A stretch of 64,000 nt of DNA from Octopus sinensis (Eukaryota), in assembly GCF_006345805.1 (NCBI RefSeq), contig NC_043000.1, positions 149,544,001 to 149,608,000 of the forward strand, read 5' to 3'. Of the stretch, positions 1 to 12,917 are shown in pieces. A model generated the notes under the pieces. That model was not told where the DNA came from. It made no database searches and saw only the letters and a program-made list of their open reading frames with translations. The translations under genes and the position numbers were made by a program. How positions within the stretch are numbered: position 1 is the first letter of the stretch; each line of letters opens with the position of its first letter.

Positions 1-2373
1 GATAAACACATTGGCCACCTCCGCCCTCCCTTTCAGGGATAGCCACCGCCAAGACCAGGTCTTGGCTACTGCAGCCACCTTGCTCGTTATCTCGCCCCAA
101 TTCTTCTCTATTTGGAGGTCTGGACCGAACCAGACCCCTAGCAGTTAATCGGACCCTCCGTCCAACGTCCCACGACGCTGTCAGGAGGCATCGACTTGCC
201 TCTCCAGGTGCCGAGTTGCAAGCCGACTGACTTTTCACGATTAACTTTTGCTCCTGTCACCGTCTCGTAAGCCTCTATGGCCTTGCCTACTTTACATAGG
301 TGGTCCATTTCGGTTACGATGATGGTGATGTCATCCGCGTACGCTGACACTGATTTTCCATTACCTGGCTGTCTCGGGATGCCGCTCAGTTTTCGCAGTA
401 ATGGCCTCAAGAGCCATCACGTACAACGGGGAGAGCGGACACCCTTGACGAACCGAGCGTTTGATTTTGAACGGCTTCGACAAGAAGCCGTTCACCCGAA
501 CTACTGAGTCGATGTTATCATAAATTTGGATAATCCACCTGAGGAAGCCAAGGCTCAGCCCGAACTGTGCCAGAGCAGATACCAGGTAACGATGATCGAC
601 CCTATCAAAAGCTTTAGATTGGTCTAAATGGACCAGTGCCCCACCCTTGCCAGAATCACTATTAAACCCCTCTATAGTGTACCGCATTAGATGGAGATTA
701 TCCTGAATGGATCTGCCCGGAACGGCACATGTCTGTGCCTCTCCGATCAGACCATCCGCGACACGCGCCAATCTTTTCGATAACACTTTGGCCAAAATCT
801 TCAACTCTGTGTTTAGCAGAGTGATGGGCCTGAAATTATCAATGCACTCCCCCTTGCTCGAGTCCTTTCTGACGAGAGTCACCACTCCCCGGCGCACAGA
901 TCTGGGTATAAGCCCGTTCTGCTGCCAGTTCGCATAGACCTCCGCCAGTAGGTGCCCGAACAAGTCTGGCATACTCTTATATTACTCATAGGGTAGACCA
1001 TCCAAACCCGGCGCCTTGCCCGCGCCGCAGTCCGCCATTGCCTCAACCACCTCCTCAAGCGTGATTGGCCCTTCACAGCCCTCCGCATCTCGTCCCGATA
1101 AGCGCGGCAGCCCGTCGAGTAGGTCCGTAAAGGCCCTTCTCCTATCCAGTCCGCCGCACTCACCGAAAAGCTGAGCGAAGTGCTCCTGAAAGGCCTCACA
1201 CATCTCCTCGGGTTCGTTTACCAACTCACCTTGTTGGTTCGTCAAAGATCGAATCGTGGCATCGTTACCATGCTGAGCTTCCACCACTCGGGCCCATCTC
1301 ACGGTGTTGATTCCTTCACATCTAATATGGCGGATTCTAGCCCTGACAATGCAGCCCATGTGTTTGGCCTCGAGGTGCTGGTTTAACACCAGTCTCTTGG
1401 ACGCCACCTGAGCCGCAGAGCCAGTTTTCATGGCTTCCTCTAATTCCTTAACTAGAGTATTTTCCCCTCTAGCCTCTCTAGCACTACTCCTATGCTATAT
1501 CTAATAGACTCAAACTTGATGGCTCGTTTGAGGGCGTACCACCATTTGTTATTAATGATGGTACCAGATAGTGCCCTCTGAATTATATTCCTCCGGTCTT
1601 TGTACTCCTTAATCGCCAAAAGGGACGTATTAAGTTTCCAGTAACCGGATCCTCTATTTTTAACCTTATCTATGTCAAGCTTACAAGTGACCATTTTATG
1701 ATCACTGTAGCTGATCGGGTAAAACTGTGGACACTTAGCTATTTTATTGTCTACTTTTCTATTAGTATTCTATCTAAATATGACTGGAAGATCCGTCGCT
1801 GTTTGACCATGTCCACAATGGAGCGTTCGGAAATTCCAGCCTATACGGATCTGCTAGCTCAAAGCGGCTTAGCAGTTCCATGAAGCCACTGTTACCTTTC
1901 CTATCTGGACGCGAGCCAACACAATCTACATCCGCTTTGCAAATTGTGTTAAAGTCTCCTAGCACCACTAATGAATGCGAAGTACCAAGAAATTTTCTAG
2001 TTCACGAAAATAATCACTTTGCCCTGTATGGTTGGGTGCGTAAATTGCAACCAGTCTGATAACTTTACCGTTACTGAACGTCAAATCCATGACGACCAGC
2101 CTACCTTCTGGGTCTGCAAAAATTAACTTTTTCCCAGAAACCCGGTTTCTTTTTAATAGGACCAACACCCCACTCCCGCCTGTAGGACTGCCAGGAGAGA
2201 AAAAACTCTCGTAGCCGACAAACAGCGGGAGTAGACCTCTTGCCCCTCTAACCGGTTTCTGTAGCAACAATAACATCTAAATTACGCGACCTGATATCAT
2301 GCAGGAAGCGACCTTGCTTCCAGCCTGCTCCCAGGCCGCGCACATTCAAACAACCAACATAAATGTAATCCAT
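1..2373 (-). pseudogene. Unit A ORF2 (APE endonuclease + reverse transcriptase), frameshifted, incomplete at the window edge
   Basis: ORF pieces 1968-2276, 1774-1968, 1452-1694, 982-1431, 361-972 and 138-410 are consecutive parts of one EN-RT polyprotein. ATG at 2373-2371. Confidence 0.9.
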
Positions 2374-2382
2374 TACTTACCC

Positions 2383-3730
2383 TTATATCAGTGGTTCGAT
2401 TTGTTCGTCTTGTTTTTCGTCGTCTTCACTTTAATTTTTTTCCTTGGCTCGTGGGGGAGTCCGACGCAGGCCCTCGTATAGATATGGAGACATGTCCAAT
2501 CTCAGAGGGCCCACGTCGTGGAAGAATTCGGATTTTATCCGTCTGTAATCCTTCCGGCCTATTTTATACACAATGCAGTCTTTTGTTTTTCTCACTCTTT
2601 CCACTTTGGCCATGGCTGCCAAACATTAACTAGTCTGTTATTGGTGGCCTTAATGGCCATAAATGAATTAGTTGCTTCTTTCTCTTCTTCTGGTTCTCTT
2701 CCTGAGGGGTGGTTTCTGTTTTCCGTTTTTTTTTGGTAACTTTTGACCACCCCTCCTCTTTTTCCTTTTCTACGCCACTTGTTGATTCTACTACCTCTTT
2801 GGTTTCATGTGTTTTTTTCCTCTGTTTTTTTCTGTTTTTTTTCTTTTCCGGCGGTGCTTCTACCTGCGGTTTAGGTTGGCATTCTGCTCTTACGTGCCCC
2901 TTTTTACCGCAGCCGAAGCACCTCGGCTTTCTTCCCTCCACGAACACTAGCACCCTCTCCTCCTCGCTGAGCCTCAATACCTCCGGTATTTCTTCTAGTG
3001 TTTGGACTTCGGCTTGGATCGCCATTGTGATGCATTGGCCTTGCCAAAACCCTTCCTCCTCTACTGTAGCCTGGAGGATAGTGATTTTGTCCTTCAGGCC
3101 TAGCATCACTGCCGCCACCAGGCATGTGGCGTCCGCTTCTGGCGGAATATTTTTCATTACTATTTTTGAGGTCCTTCTGCCTCTGTACAGGGGTAGAAGG
3201 ACTATATTCCCTACTTTTTGAGGTTCGGTAGATAGCTTCTTTGCTATCTCCTCGGTCTTAAACCTCACCTCAACTGTTCCAAACCTTCTGCCTCGGTTTA
3301 TGTACGTTATGTCTTTTCTTATTGCCTTCAGACAATCCTCTATTTTCTTTTCCTCCACTTTTTGGATGCTTTTCGTCGTTATATTGTAGGTCTTGTAGAT
3401 GATCCTTTTCTTTTCTATTTCTTCTTTCTTTCCGACGTCTGCTTCCACTGCTATTTCGTTTCCTTCCTTTTTCAAAAGGACTTCGTATTTTTCCAGGTTG
3501 CTCCTATCTGTGTTGATCCTTTTTTGTTTTCGACCTGCGACTTCCGCGAACTTCTTCGCTGGGGCCTTTTCTTTTTCTGGCGTCACCGCCGGTTCTTTTT
3601 CCGGCGTCACCGCCGGTGAACTTTCTTCACCTGAGGTTGGTGAACTTTCTTCACCTGAGATTGGTGAATATGAGATAGGAGGTTCCATCTCAAGCTTTTT
3701 CAATTGGCTTTCACAGCCTTCAAAAGACAT
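2383..3730 (-). pseudogene. Unit A ORF1 (gag-like nucleic-acid-binding protein, single CCHC knuckle), frameshifted near the C-terminus
   Basis: 366-aa ORF with CFGCGKKGHVRAEC. ORF 2431-2622 is its out-of-frame continuation by comparison with unit B. Confidence 0.88.
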
Positions 3731-4234
3731 TTTGGCTTTGCAAGCCTTTTGTGTAGATTTTTAAATGTGTTCCACACAAGATGTCCCACAATAATTCCCC
3801 CGCAAGGGGGGAACTAAATACGCAGCCTTCGCGCGAAGGCCACTGACAGTCTTATACAAAAGACACAATATATCAGAGCAACGGTAATTAAATCAACGAA
3901 TCGGTATTAACAAAGTAGCAGCAAATGACAAACCAGACAGGCACTCGAATAAGTATTCAGTTGGTGAAGTTCTGTTTTTGAGTATCTGTTTTATTATTAC
4001 CCACAAGGGGCAAACAAAGAGGGGACAATACAACCTGATGTGGGGTCAGATTCTCGGATGGGGTTACAAAAAGGATGAGATTAAAAATTCAAAAATTCAC
4101 AAAAATGCAAAAATTATAAAATCGAATGAAAAAACAGACCGGAAGACATTACAGGTGGAGTGGGGGCGGGTTCAGCTCGGACCCCACGAGCCCCGCCTCA
4201 CCACTGATACTTTTGGTTTCGTTCTGATTTACAT

Positions 4235-7200
4235 TTATGTGGTGTCATCCATTCTCAACTTCCGTGCTACATCCTTCCATCGTTCTTCATACACTCTTTT
4301 AGTCAGGCATTTTCTCTCCAGCCCTATCTTCCTTTTCAGGTGGTAGATGAAGTAATTCATCAACCCAGGCCGGATATGAACTTGCCTGACCGTATACCTT
4401 TCATTCTCGTCTTCCATATCACCTCTTTCGCAATTGCTACCACAACGAGAAAACAATTCTTACCTTCTTTCGCGAGGAAATCTGGTGGGTCAATTTTTTT
4501 AATACACTCAGTCGACAGCTGTACTCTTCGTGTGCTTGACAACAGCTGTTCGGCATAAACCCACACCTCAGACACGACCGAACAATGAACAATAGCGTGC
4601 GGGACGGTTTCCCTATCCCGTCCGCATCTTGGACACATCGGACTGTCTTGGCCACCGTGCCTTGCGAGTTTATCCCGAACAGGTAGAGCTCCTCTGTAGC
4701 ATTGCCATGCCAGAGACTTCTGGAAGTTGTCCAGTGTCTTCGGCTCGAACGTACGTCGGAACAGACTGGCCAGCTGATTATCGTCGAGACCCAGGGTTTC
4801 CCCCAAGGTGTCTTCACATTTCGCCTCTACCAACCCTCTATAGAAGAATGTGGTGGAACCCCCACCGCAGGCGTTGCCCGAGCGACGGAATAGCAGGAGA
4901 GCCTTGCGACACTCCGTATGCCATGTACCGAGTTTCGATCTACGATTCGGCCAGGTTTCCCGTCCACCGAAACTAGTGAACTTGGGAAACATCAGTTTTG
5001 CTAACGGAGACCACACCCGTTCACCATCCAGGTAGAGCCACAGATGTCTTAACCTCAGCGCATGTCTGCGCATCATCAGCCAAGGCATCCCTAGCCCACC
5101 CTTTAACGGTTGTTGACAGCAAGTAGAGCGTTTCACAAGTGGTTTCCCGCCCTTCCACAAGAAGTAGAAGAGCTGTCTTTCCAACTTGATCAACCACGAA
5201 TCGGGCAAGGAACGACGGAAAGGCGGTAGGTGATAACCGATGCGATAAACACATTGGCCACCTCCGCCCTCCCTTTCAGGATAGCCACCGCCAAGACCAG
5301 GTCTTGGCTACTGCAGCCACCTTGCTCGTTATCTCGCCCCAATTCTTCTCTATTTGGAGGTCTGGACCGAACCAGACCCCTAGCAGTTTAATCGGACCCT
5401 CCGTCCAACGTCCCACGACGCTGTCAGGAGGCATCGACTTGCCTCTCCAGGTGCCGAGTTGCAAGCCGACTGACTTTTCGCGATTAACTTTTGCTCCTGT
5501 CACCGTCTCGTAATCCTCTATGGCCTTGCCTACTTTACATAGGTGGTCCATTTCGGTCACGATGATGGTGATGTCGTCCGCGTACGCTGACACTGATTTT
5601 CCATTACCTGGCTGTCTCGGGGTGCCGCTCAGTTTTCGCAGTAATGGCTCAAGAGCCATCACGTACAAAAGCGGGGAGAGCGGACACCCTTGACGAACCG
5701 AGCGTTTGATTTTGAACGGCTTCGACAAGAAGCCGTTCACCCGAACTACCGAGTCGATGTTGTCGTAAATTTGGATAATCCACCTGAGGAAGCCAAGGCT
5801 CAGCCCGAACTGTGCCAGGGCAGACACCAGGTAACGATGGTCGACCCTATCAAAAGCTTTGGATTGGTCTAAATGGACCAGTGCCCCACCCTTGCCAGAA
5901 TCACTATTAAACCCCTCTATAGTGTACCGCATTAGATGGAGATTATCCTGAATGGTTCTGCCCGGAACGGCACATGTCTGTGCCTCCCCGATCAGACCAT
6001 CCGCGACACGCGCCAATCTTTTCGATAACACTTTGGCCAAAATCTTCAACTCTGTGTTTAGCAGAGTGATGGGCCTGAAATTATCAATGCACTCCCCCTT
6101 GCTCGGGTCCTTTCTGACGAGAGTCACCACTCCCCGGCGCACAGATCTGGGTATAACCCGTTCTGCTGCCAGTTCGCATAGACCTCCGCCAGTAGGTGCC
6201 CGAACAAGTCTGGCATACTCTTATATAACTCGTAGGGTAGACCATCCAAACCCGGCGCCTTGCCCGCGCCGCAGTCCGCCATTGCCTCAACCACCTCCTC
6301 AGGCGTGATTGGCCCTTCACAGCCCTCCGCATCTCGCCCCGATAAGCGCGGCAGTCCGTCGAGTAGGTCCGTAAAGGCCCTCCTCCTATCCAGCCCGCCG
6401 CACTCACCGAAAAGCTGAGCGAAGTGCTCCTGAAAGGCCTCACACATCTCCTCGGGTTCGTTTATCAACTCACCTTGTTGGTTCTTCAAAGATCGAATCG
6501 TGGCATCGTTGTCATTCCGGGCTTCCACCACTCGGGCCCATCTCACGGCGTTGATTCCTTCACATCCCATATGACGGATTCTAGCCCTGACAATGCAGCC
6601 CATGTGTTTGGCCTCGAGGTGCTGGTTTAACACCAGTCTCTTGGACGCCACCTGAGCCGCAGAGCCAGTTTTCATGGCTTCCTCTAATTCCTTAACTAGA
6701 GTAGTTTCCCTTCTAGCCTCTCTAGACACTACTCCTATGCTATATCTAATAGACTCAAACTTGATGGCTCGTTTGAGGGCGTACCACCATTTGTTATTAA
6801 TGATGGCACCATACAGCGCCCTATGAATTATGGTCCTAATCCGGTCTCTGTACTCCTTAATCGCCAAAAGGGACGTATTAAGTTTCCAGTAACCGGATCC
6901 TCTATTTCTAACCTTATCTGTGTCAAGCTTACAAGTGACCATTTTATGATCACTGTAGCTGATCGGGTAAAACTGTGGACACTTAGCTATTTTACTGTCT
7001 ACCTTTCTAATTAGAATTCTATCTATGTATGACCTGGACGATCCGTCGCTGTTTGACCATGTCCACAATGGAGCGTTCGGAAATTCCAACCTATAAGGAT
7101 CTGCTAGCTCAAAGCGGCTTAGCAGTTCCAGGAAGCATGAGTTACCTTTTCTATCTGCATTCGAGCCAGCACAATCTACATCCGCTTTGCAAATTGTGTT

Positions 7201-7629
7201 AAAGTCTCCTAGCACAACTAATGAATGCGAAGTACCGAGAAAGTTTTCTAGATCACGAAAATAATCACTTTGCCCTTTTTTACTGTTGGGTGCGTAAATT
7301 GCAACCAGTCTGATAACTTTACCGTTACTGAACGTCAAATCCATGACGACCAGCCTACCTTCTGGGTCTGAAAAAATTAACTTTTTCTCAAAAACCCGGT
7401 TTCTTTTTAATAGGACCAACACCCCACCCCCGCCTGTAGGACTGGCCGGAGAGAAAAAACTCTCGTAGCCGTCAAACAGTGGGAGTAGACCTCTTGGCCC
7501 CTTTAACCGGGTTTCTGTAGCAACAATAACATCCAAATTGCGCGACCTGATATCATTAAGGAAGCGACCTTGCTTCCCGCTTGATCCCAGGCCGCGCACA
7601 TTTAAACAACCAACATAAATGTAGTCCAT
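4235..7629 (-). pseudogene. Unit B ORF2: APE endonuclease, RT and C-terminal CCHC (CPRCGRDRETVPHAIVHC), with a few 1-nt frameshifts
   Basis: ORFs 6124-7632, 5276-6142, 4360-5208 and 4235-4456 join into one L1/Tx1-like ORF2. Confidence 0.92.
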
Positions 7630-7637
7630 CACTTACC

Positions 7638-8992
7638 TTATATCAGTGGTTTGGCTTGTTCGACTGGTTCGCCTTGTTCTTCTTCGCTTTTATTTTTTTC
7701 CTTGGCTCGTGGGGGAGTCCGACGCAGGCCCTCGTATAGATATGGAGACATGTCCAGTCTCAGAGGGCCCACGTCGTGGAAGAATTCGGATTTTATCCTC
7801 CTGTAGTCCTTCCGGCCTATTTTGTACACGATACAGTCTTTCGTTTTCCTTACTCTCTCCACTTTGGCCATGGCTGCCAACACATTGACTAGTCTGTTGT
7901 TGGTAGCCTTAATGGCCATAAATGAAGTAGTAACTTCTTTTCTTTTCTTCTGGTTTTCTTCTTCTTGAGGGGTGGTTTCTGTTTTCCGTTTTTTTTTTAG
8001 GTAACTTTAGACCACCCCTCCTCTTTTTCGTTTTCTTTTTCTTTTTCTGCACCACTCGATGATTTTTCTACCTCTTTGGTTTCCTCTGTTTTCTTTTCCT
8101 TCTCAGTTTCTTCTTTTTCCGATGGTGCTTCTACCTGCGGTTTAGGTTGACACTCCGCTCTCACGTGTCCCTTTTTTCCGCAGCCGAAGCACCTCGGCTT
8201 TCTTCCCTCTACAAATACCAACACTCTCTCCTCCTCATCGAGCCTCAGCACCTCTGGTATTTCCTCCAGTGTCTGGGCCTCCGCTTGTATTGCCATTGTG
8301 ATGATCTGGCCCTGCCAAAATCCCTCCTCCTCCACTGTAGCTTGGAGGATGTTGATTTTTTCCTTCAGGCCCAGCATCACTGCCGCCACCAGGCATGTGG
8401 CGTCCGCCTCTGGGGGAATATTCCTCATAACTATTTTAGAGGTCCTTCTTCCTCTGTACAAGGGTAGAAGGACTATGTTTCCTGCTTTTTGTGGTTCTGT
8501 AGATAGCCTCTTTGCTATTTCTTCGGTCCTAAACCTCACTTCTACCGTTCCGAACCGTCTTCCTCTGTTTATATAAGTGACGTCCTTTCTAATTGCCTTC
8601 AGGCACTCCTCTATTTTACTCTCTTCCACTTTTTGTATACTTTTTGTTGTTGTGCTGTATGTTTTATAAATTATCCTTTTCTTTTCAATCTCTTCCTTTT
8701 TTTCAACATCTTTTTTTACTGCTATCTCATTTCCTTCTTTTTTTAGAAGGGCTTCGTATTTTTCCAGATTATCTATATTTATACTTTTTTGTTTACGCCC
8801 TACAACTTCCGCGAACTTCTTCGCTGGGGCCTTTTTTCCTGGCGTTACCGCCGGTTCTTTTTCCGGCGTCACCGCCGGTGAGCTTTCTTCACCTGAGGCT
8901 TGAGAGCTTCCATCACCTGAGATTGGTGAATAAGAAATGGGGAATTCCATTTCGAGTTTTTTCAGTTGGCATTCACCGCCTTCCGAAGACAT
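7638..8992 (-). pseudogene. Unit B ORF1 (CCHC), interrupted by a stop or frameshift in an A-run at ~7997
   Basis: ORF 7997-9055 (MSSEGGE start at 8992 matches unit A MSFEGCE) plus downstream ORF 7638-7919. Confidence 0.88.
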
Positions 8993-9518
8993 TCTGGCTT
9001 TGCAGCCGTTTGTAGAAAAATTTTTTTTTTGGATGTGTTTCACACACGATGACACACAATAATTCCCCCGCGGGGGGGGGGAACTAAGTACGCAGCCTTC
9101 GCACGAAGGCCACTAACAGTCTTATTGAAAAGACACCAAAACAACAGTGATTAAGTTAACAAAGTAACAGTAATTTACTAACCAAGCAGGCACTCGTATT
9201 CAGTCGTTCAAAGTTCAGTGTATCGATGAAAAAGTAACATCTAACAAACAAAGTAACGTCGTTTTTGCGTATCGATGAATAAGTGTCATCATATAACATC
9301 CTTATTTCTTTATTACCCACTAGGGGCGACATAGAGTACACATACAATCACGAATGATGAAACAATTATGAACATTTGGGGTCGGTTAAAAATCGAAAAT
9401 GAATAATAAATCGAATGATTACACAAAGACAAAATTAACAAAATTACAAATGCAGTGGGGCGGGTCCGCGACCCCATGCTCCCGCCACGACACTTAGCCT
9501 TGTGGTTTCCTTTTTCTC

Positions 9519-12500
9519 CTATCTCGCATTTGTGAGGGATCTTTTACTCTCCACATTTTTCCATCTTTCATCAAACACTTTCTTACTCAGGCTCCTTCTC
9601 TCCAGTTCTATATGTCTTTTCAGGTGGAATTTAAAATATTCCACCAGACCTGAACCAGAGATGAAGTCGCCTGTTATCATCCCTTTCATCCTTGTCTTCC
9701 ATACTACCTGTTTCGCAGTTGAAACCACGGCGAGAAAACAAAACTTACCTTCTTTCGTTAAGAAATCAGGTGGGCTGATTTTTACAATAGATTCGGCTGA
9801 TAGCTGTACTCTTCGTTCACCTGACATTAGTTGTTCGGCACAATCCCACATATCTTTCACCCCCGAACACTGCACGATCGCGTGCGAGACGGTTTCCCGT
9901 TCTCGCCCACATCTCGTACAGGTCGGGCTGACTTGGCAACCGTGCCTTGCAAGCTTGTCCCGAACAGGTAAGGCTCCTCGGTAGCACTGCCAAGCCAAAG
10001 ACTTCTGGAAATTATCCAGTGTCTTCGGCCCGAATGTACGTTGGAACAGACTGGCCAGCTGATTATCGTCGAAACCTAGGGCTTCCCCTAGCGTATCATC
10101 GTTACCGGCCTCTACAAACCCTCTATAAAACACAGCGGTAGAACCACTGCCGCAGGCATTACCCGAGCGACGGAATAGTCGGAGTGCCTTGCGACACTCC
10201 GTATACCACGTACCCAACTTCGATCTGCGATTATACCAGTCCTCCCGGCCACCGAAACTGGTGAACCTGGGGAACATCTGTTTCGCCAGCGGAGACCACA
10301 CCCGTTCACTACCCAGATGGAGCCATAGGTGCCTTAGCCTCAGCGCATTTCTGCGCATCATTAGCCACGGCATCCCTAGTCCACCCTGTAACGGTTTTTG
10401 ACAGCAAGTAGAGCGTCTCACAAGCGGTTTCGAGCCCTTCCACAAGAAGCGAAAGAGCTGTCTCTCCAACTTGTTCAACCACGAATCCGGGCAAGGCACG
10501 ACGGCAAGGCGGTAGGTGATAACCGATGCAATAAACACATTGGCTACCTCCGCCCTACCTTTCAAGGATAACCACCGCCAAGACCAAATCTCGACTATTG
10601 CAGCCACCTTGCTCGATACCTCGCTCCAGTTCTTCTCTATTTGGAGGTCCGGACCGAACCAAACCCCGAGCAACTTAATCGGGCCCTCCGTCCAACGTCC
10701 CACGACGCTGTCTGGAGGCATCGACTTGCCTCTCCAGGTGCCGAGTTGCAAGCCGACCGACTTTTCACGATTAACTTTTGCTCCTGTCACCGTCTCGTAA
10801 ACCTCTATGGCTTTGCCTACTTTACGTAGGTGGTCCACTTCAGTCACGATGATAGTGATGTCATCCGCGTACGCCGAAACCGACATATCACGTCCTGGTT
10901 GCCTCGGGATGCCTCATCGTCTTCGCAGCAGCGGCTCCAGGGCCACTACATACAAAGCGGGGAGAGCGGACATCCCTGGCGAACCGAGCGTTTGACCTTG
11001 AACGGCTTAGAAAGAAAGCCGTTCACCTGAACTACCGAGTCGACGTTGTCATACATTTCGATGATCCACCTGAGGAAGCCAAGACCTAGGCCGAACTGAG
11101 CCAGAACGGACACCAGGTAGTGATGGTCGACCCTATCGAACGCTTTTGACTGGTCTAAATGGACCACTGCCCCTCCCTTGCCGGGATCGTTATTTATTCC
11201 CTCTATCGTGTATCTAATAAGATGGAGATTATCCTGAATGGCTCTGCCCGGTACGGCGCACGTTTGCGCTTCCCAATCAGTCCATTCGCGACACGCGCCA
11301 ATCTGTTCGATAACACTTTGGCCAAAATCTTCAACTCTGCGTTAAGCAGAGTGATGGCCTGAAATTATCTATTACATCCCCCTTGCTCTGGTCCTTCCTG
11401 ACTAGCGTCACCACTCCCCGCGCACAGATCTGGGGATAACCCATTCTGCTGCCATTCTGCTGCCAGTTTGCGTAGACGCCCGTCAGTAAGTCCCCGAACA
11501 AGTCCGGCATACTTTTATAAAGCTCGTAGGGTAGACCATCCAGTCCCGGCGCCTTACCCGCACCGCAGTCCGCCATGGCCTCTATTACCTCCCCAGGTGT
11601 GATCGGCTCCTCACTACACTTCGCATCCTGCCCCGAGAGGCGCGGCAGCCCGTCGAGGAGGTCCGTAAGGTCCCTCCCCCTATCCGGTCCGCCGCTCCCC
11701 CCGAAAGCTGGGCGAAGTGGTCCTGAAAAGCTTGACACATCTCCTCGGGCTCGTCTGTCAACTTACCTTGTTGGTTCGCCAGAGATCGAATTGTAGCATC
11801 GTTGCCACGTTGGGCTTCCACCACTCGGGCCCATCCTGCAGCCTTGATTCCTTCGCTCCCCATCGTACGTTGTCTAGCCCTGACAATGCAACCCATGTGT
11901 TTAGCTTCGAGGTGCTGGTTAAGAACCAGTCTCTTGACCCTCACCTGGTCTGCATTGCCAGTTCGCATTGCTTCCTCTAAGTCCTTAACTAGTGTAGTTA
12001 CCTTTCTAGCCTCTCTAGCTACAAGATTAGTACTGTATCTAACGGACTCATATTTTATGGCTCGCTTAAGGGCATACCACCATTTGTTGTTACAAATGGA
12101 GCCGGTCATGGCCCTCTGGATTATTAACCTAATCCTGTCCCTGTACTCCTTAATCGCCAAAAGGGACGTATTAAGTTTCCAGTAACCAGGACCTCTAGTT
12201 ATCTTATCTACGTCTAGCCTACAGGTGACCATCTTGTGGTCACTGTAGCTGACTATATGGAGTTGTGGACTCTTAACTAGGTTCTTATCTACCTTCCTAT
12301 TAATATCCTGTCTATGTATGATTTTACCGATCCGTCGCTATTTGACCACGTCCACAGTGGAGCGCCCGGATGTTCCAGTCTATATGGATCTACCAGCTCA
12401 AAACGTCTTAGTAGATCCAGGAAGCAAGTATTTCCTTTTCTGTCTGTTCGCGAGCCTTCCACAGTCTACCCGCACATCGCAGATTGTGTTGAGGTCCCCT

Positions 12501-12917
12501 AACATTACTACTGGGCACGATGTACTCAGAAACTTCTCCAGGTTCCGATAATAATCACTTTTCCCCCTTACCGGGGGGAGCGTAAACCGCAACCAGCCTG
12601 ATTGTCTTACGGCTACTGAACGTCAACTCAATGACGACCAGCCTACCTTCCGGATCCGTAAAAATCAACTTTTTCTCAGAAACCCGGTTCTTTTTACACA
12701 GGACCAACACCCCGCTTCCGCCGACCGACGGGTTCGGAGAGATGACACTCTCGTAACCGTTGAACAGCGGGAGCAGATCTCTTGGCCCCTTTAACCGGGT
12801 TTCTGTGGCAACGACAACATCTAAATCCCGTGACCTGATGTCATTTAGGAAGCGCCCTTGCTTCCAGCTCTGCATCAGGCCACGCACATTCAAACACCCT
12901 ACACAAATATGAGACAT
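9519..12917 (-). pseudogene. Unit C ORF2 (APE-RT-CCHC), frameshifted
   Basis: ORFs 12555-12917, 12398-12592, 11585-12232, 11331-11738, 10946-11167 and 9519-10886 (YADD, CTRCGRERETVSHAIVQC). Confidence 0.9.

Larger units (their letters stand above)
1..3986 (-). mobile_element. Tx1-type (L1 superfamily) non-LTR retrotransposon, unit A (3' part runs off the window start)
   Basis: Minus-strand ORF pieces give a CCHC ORF1, an APE endonuclease (VLGDFN, SDH) and an RT (NFRPITLLN, QGCPLSP, YADD). Colinear with and highly similar to unit B. Confidence 0.92.
3987..9268 (-). mobile_element. Full-length Tx1-type LINE, unit B
   Basis: 5' UTR, ORF1, ORF2 and a 3' UTR ending in GGGTAATAATAAAA. Abuts the 5' end of unit A and the 3' end of unit C. 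Confidence 0.93.

Noticed and set aside
3981-3990. AGTATCTGTT at the A/B junction matches U2 snRNA near the Keno insertion site
   Set aside because: Only 10 nt, antisense to the elements, absent at the other junctions, and no other U2 sequence is present.
9265-9300. Weak resemblance of the junction sequence to 5.8S rRNA (GCGTCGATGAAG) or U6 (GGATGACAC)
   Set aside because: The matches are short, gapped and not colinear; chance in AT-rich DNA is sufficient.
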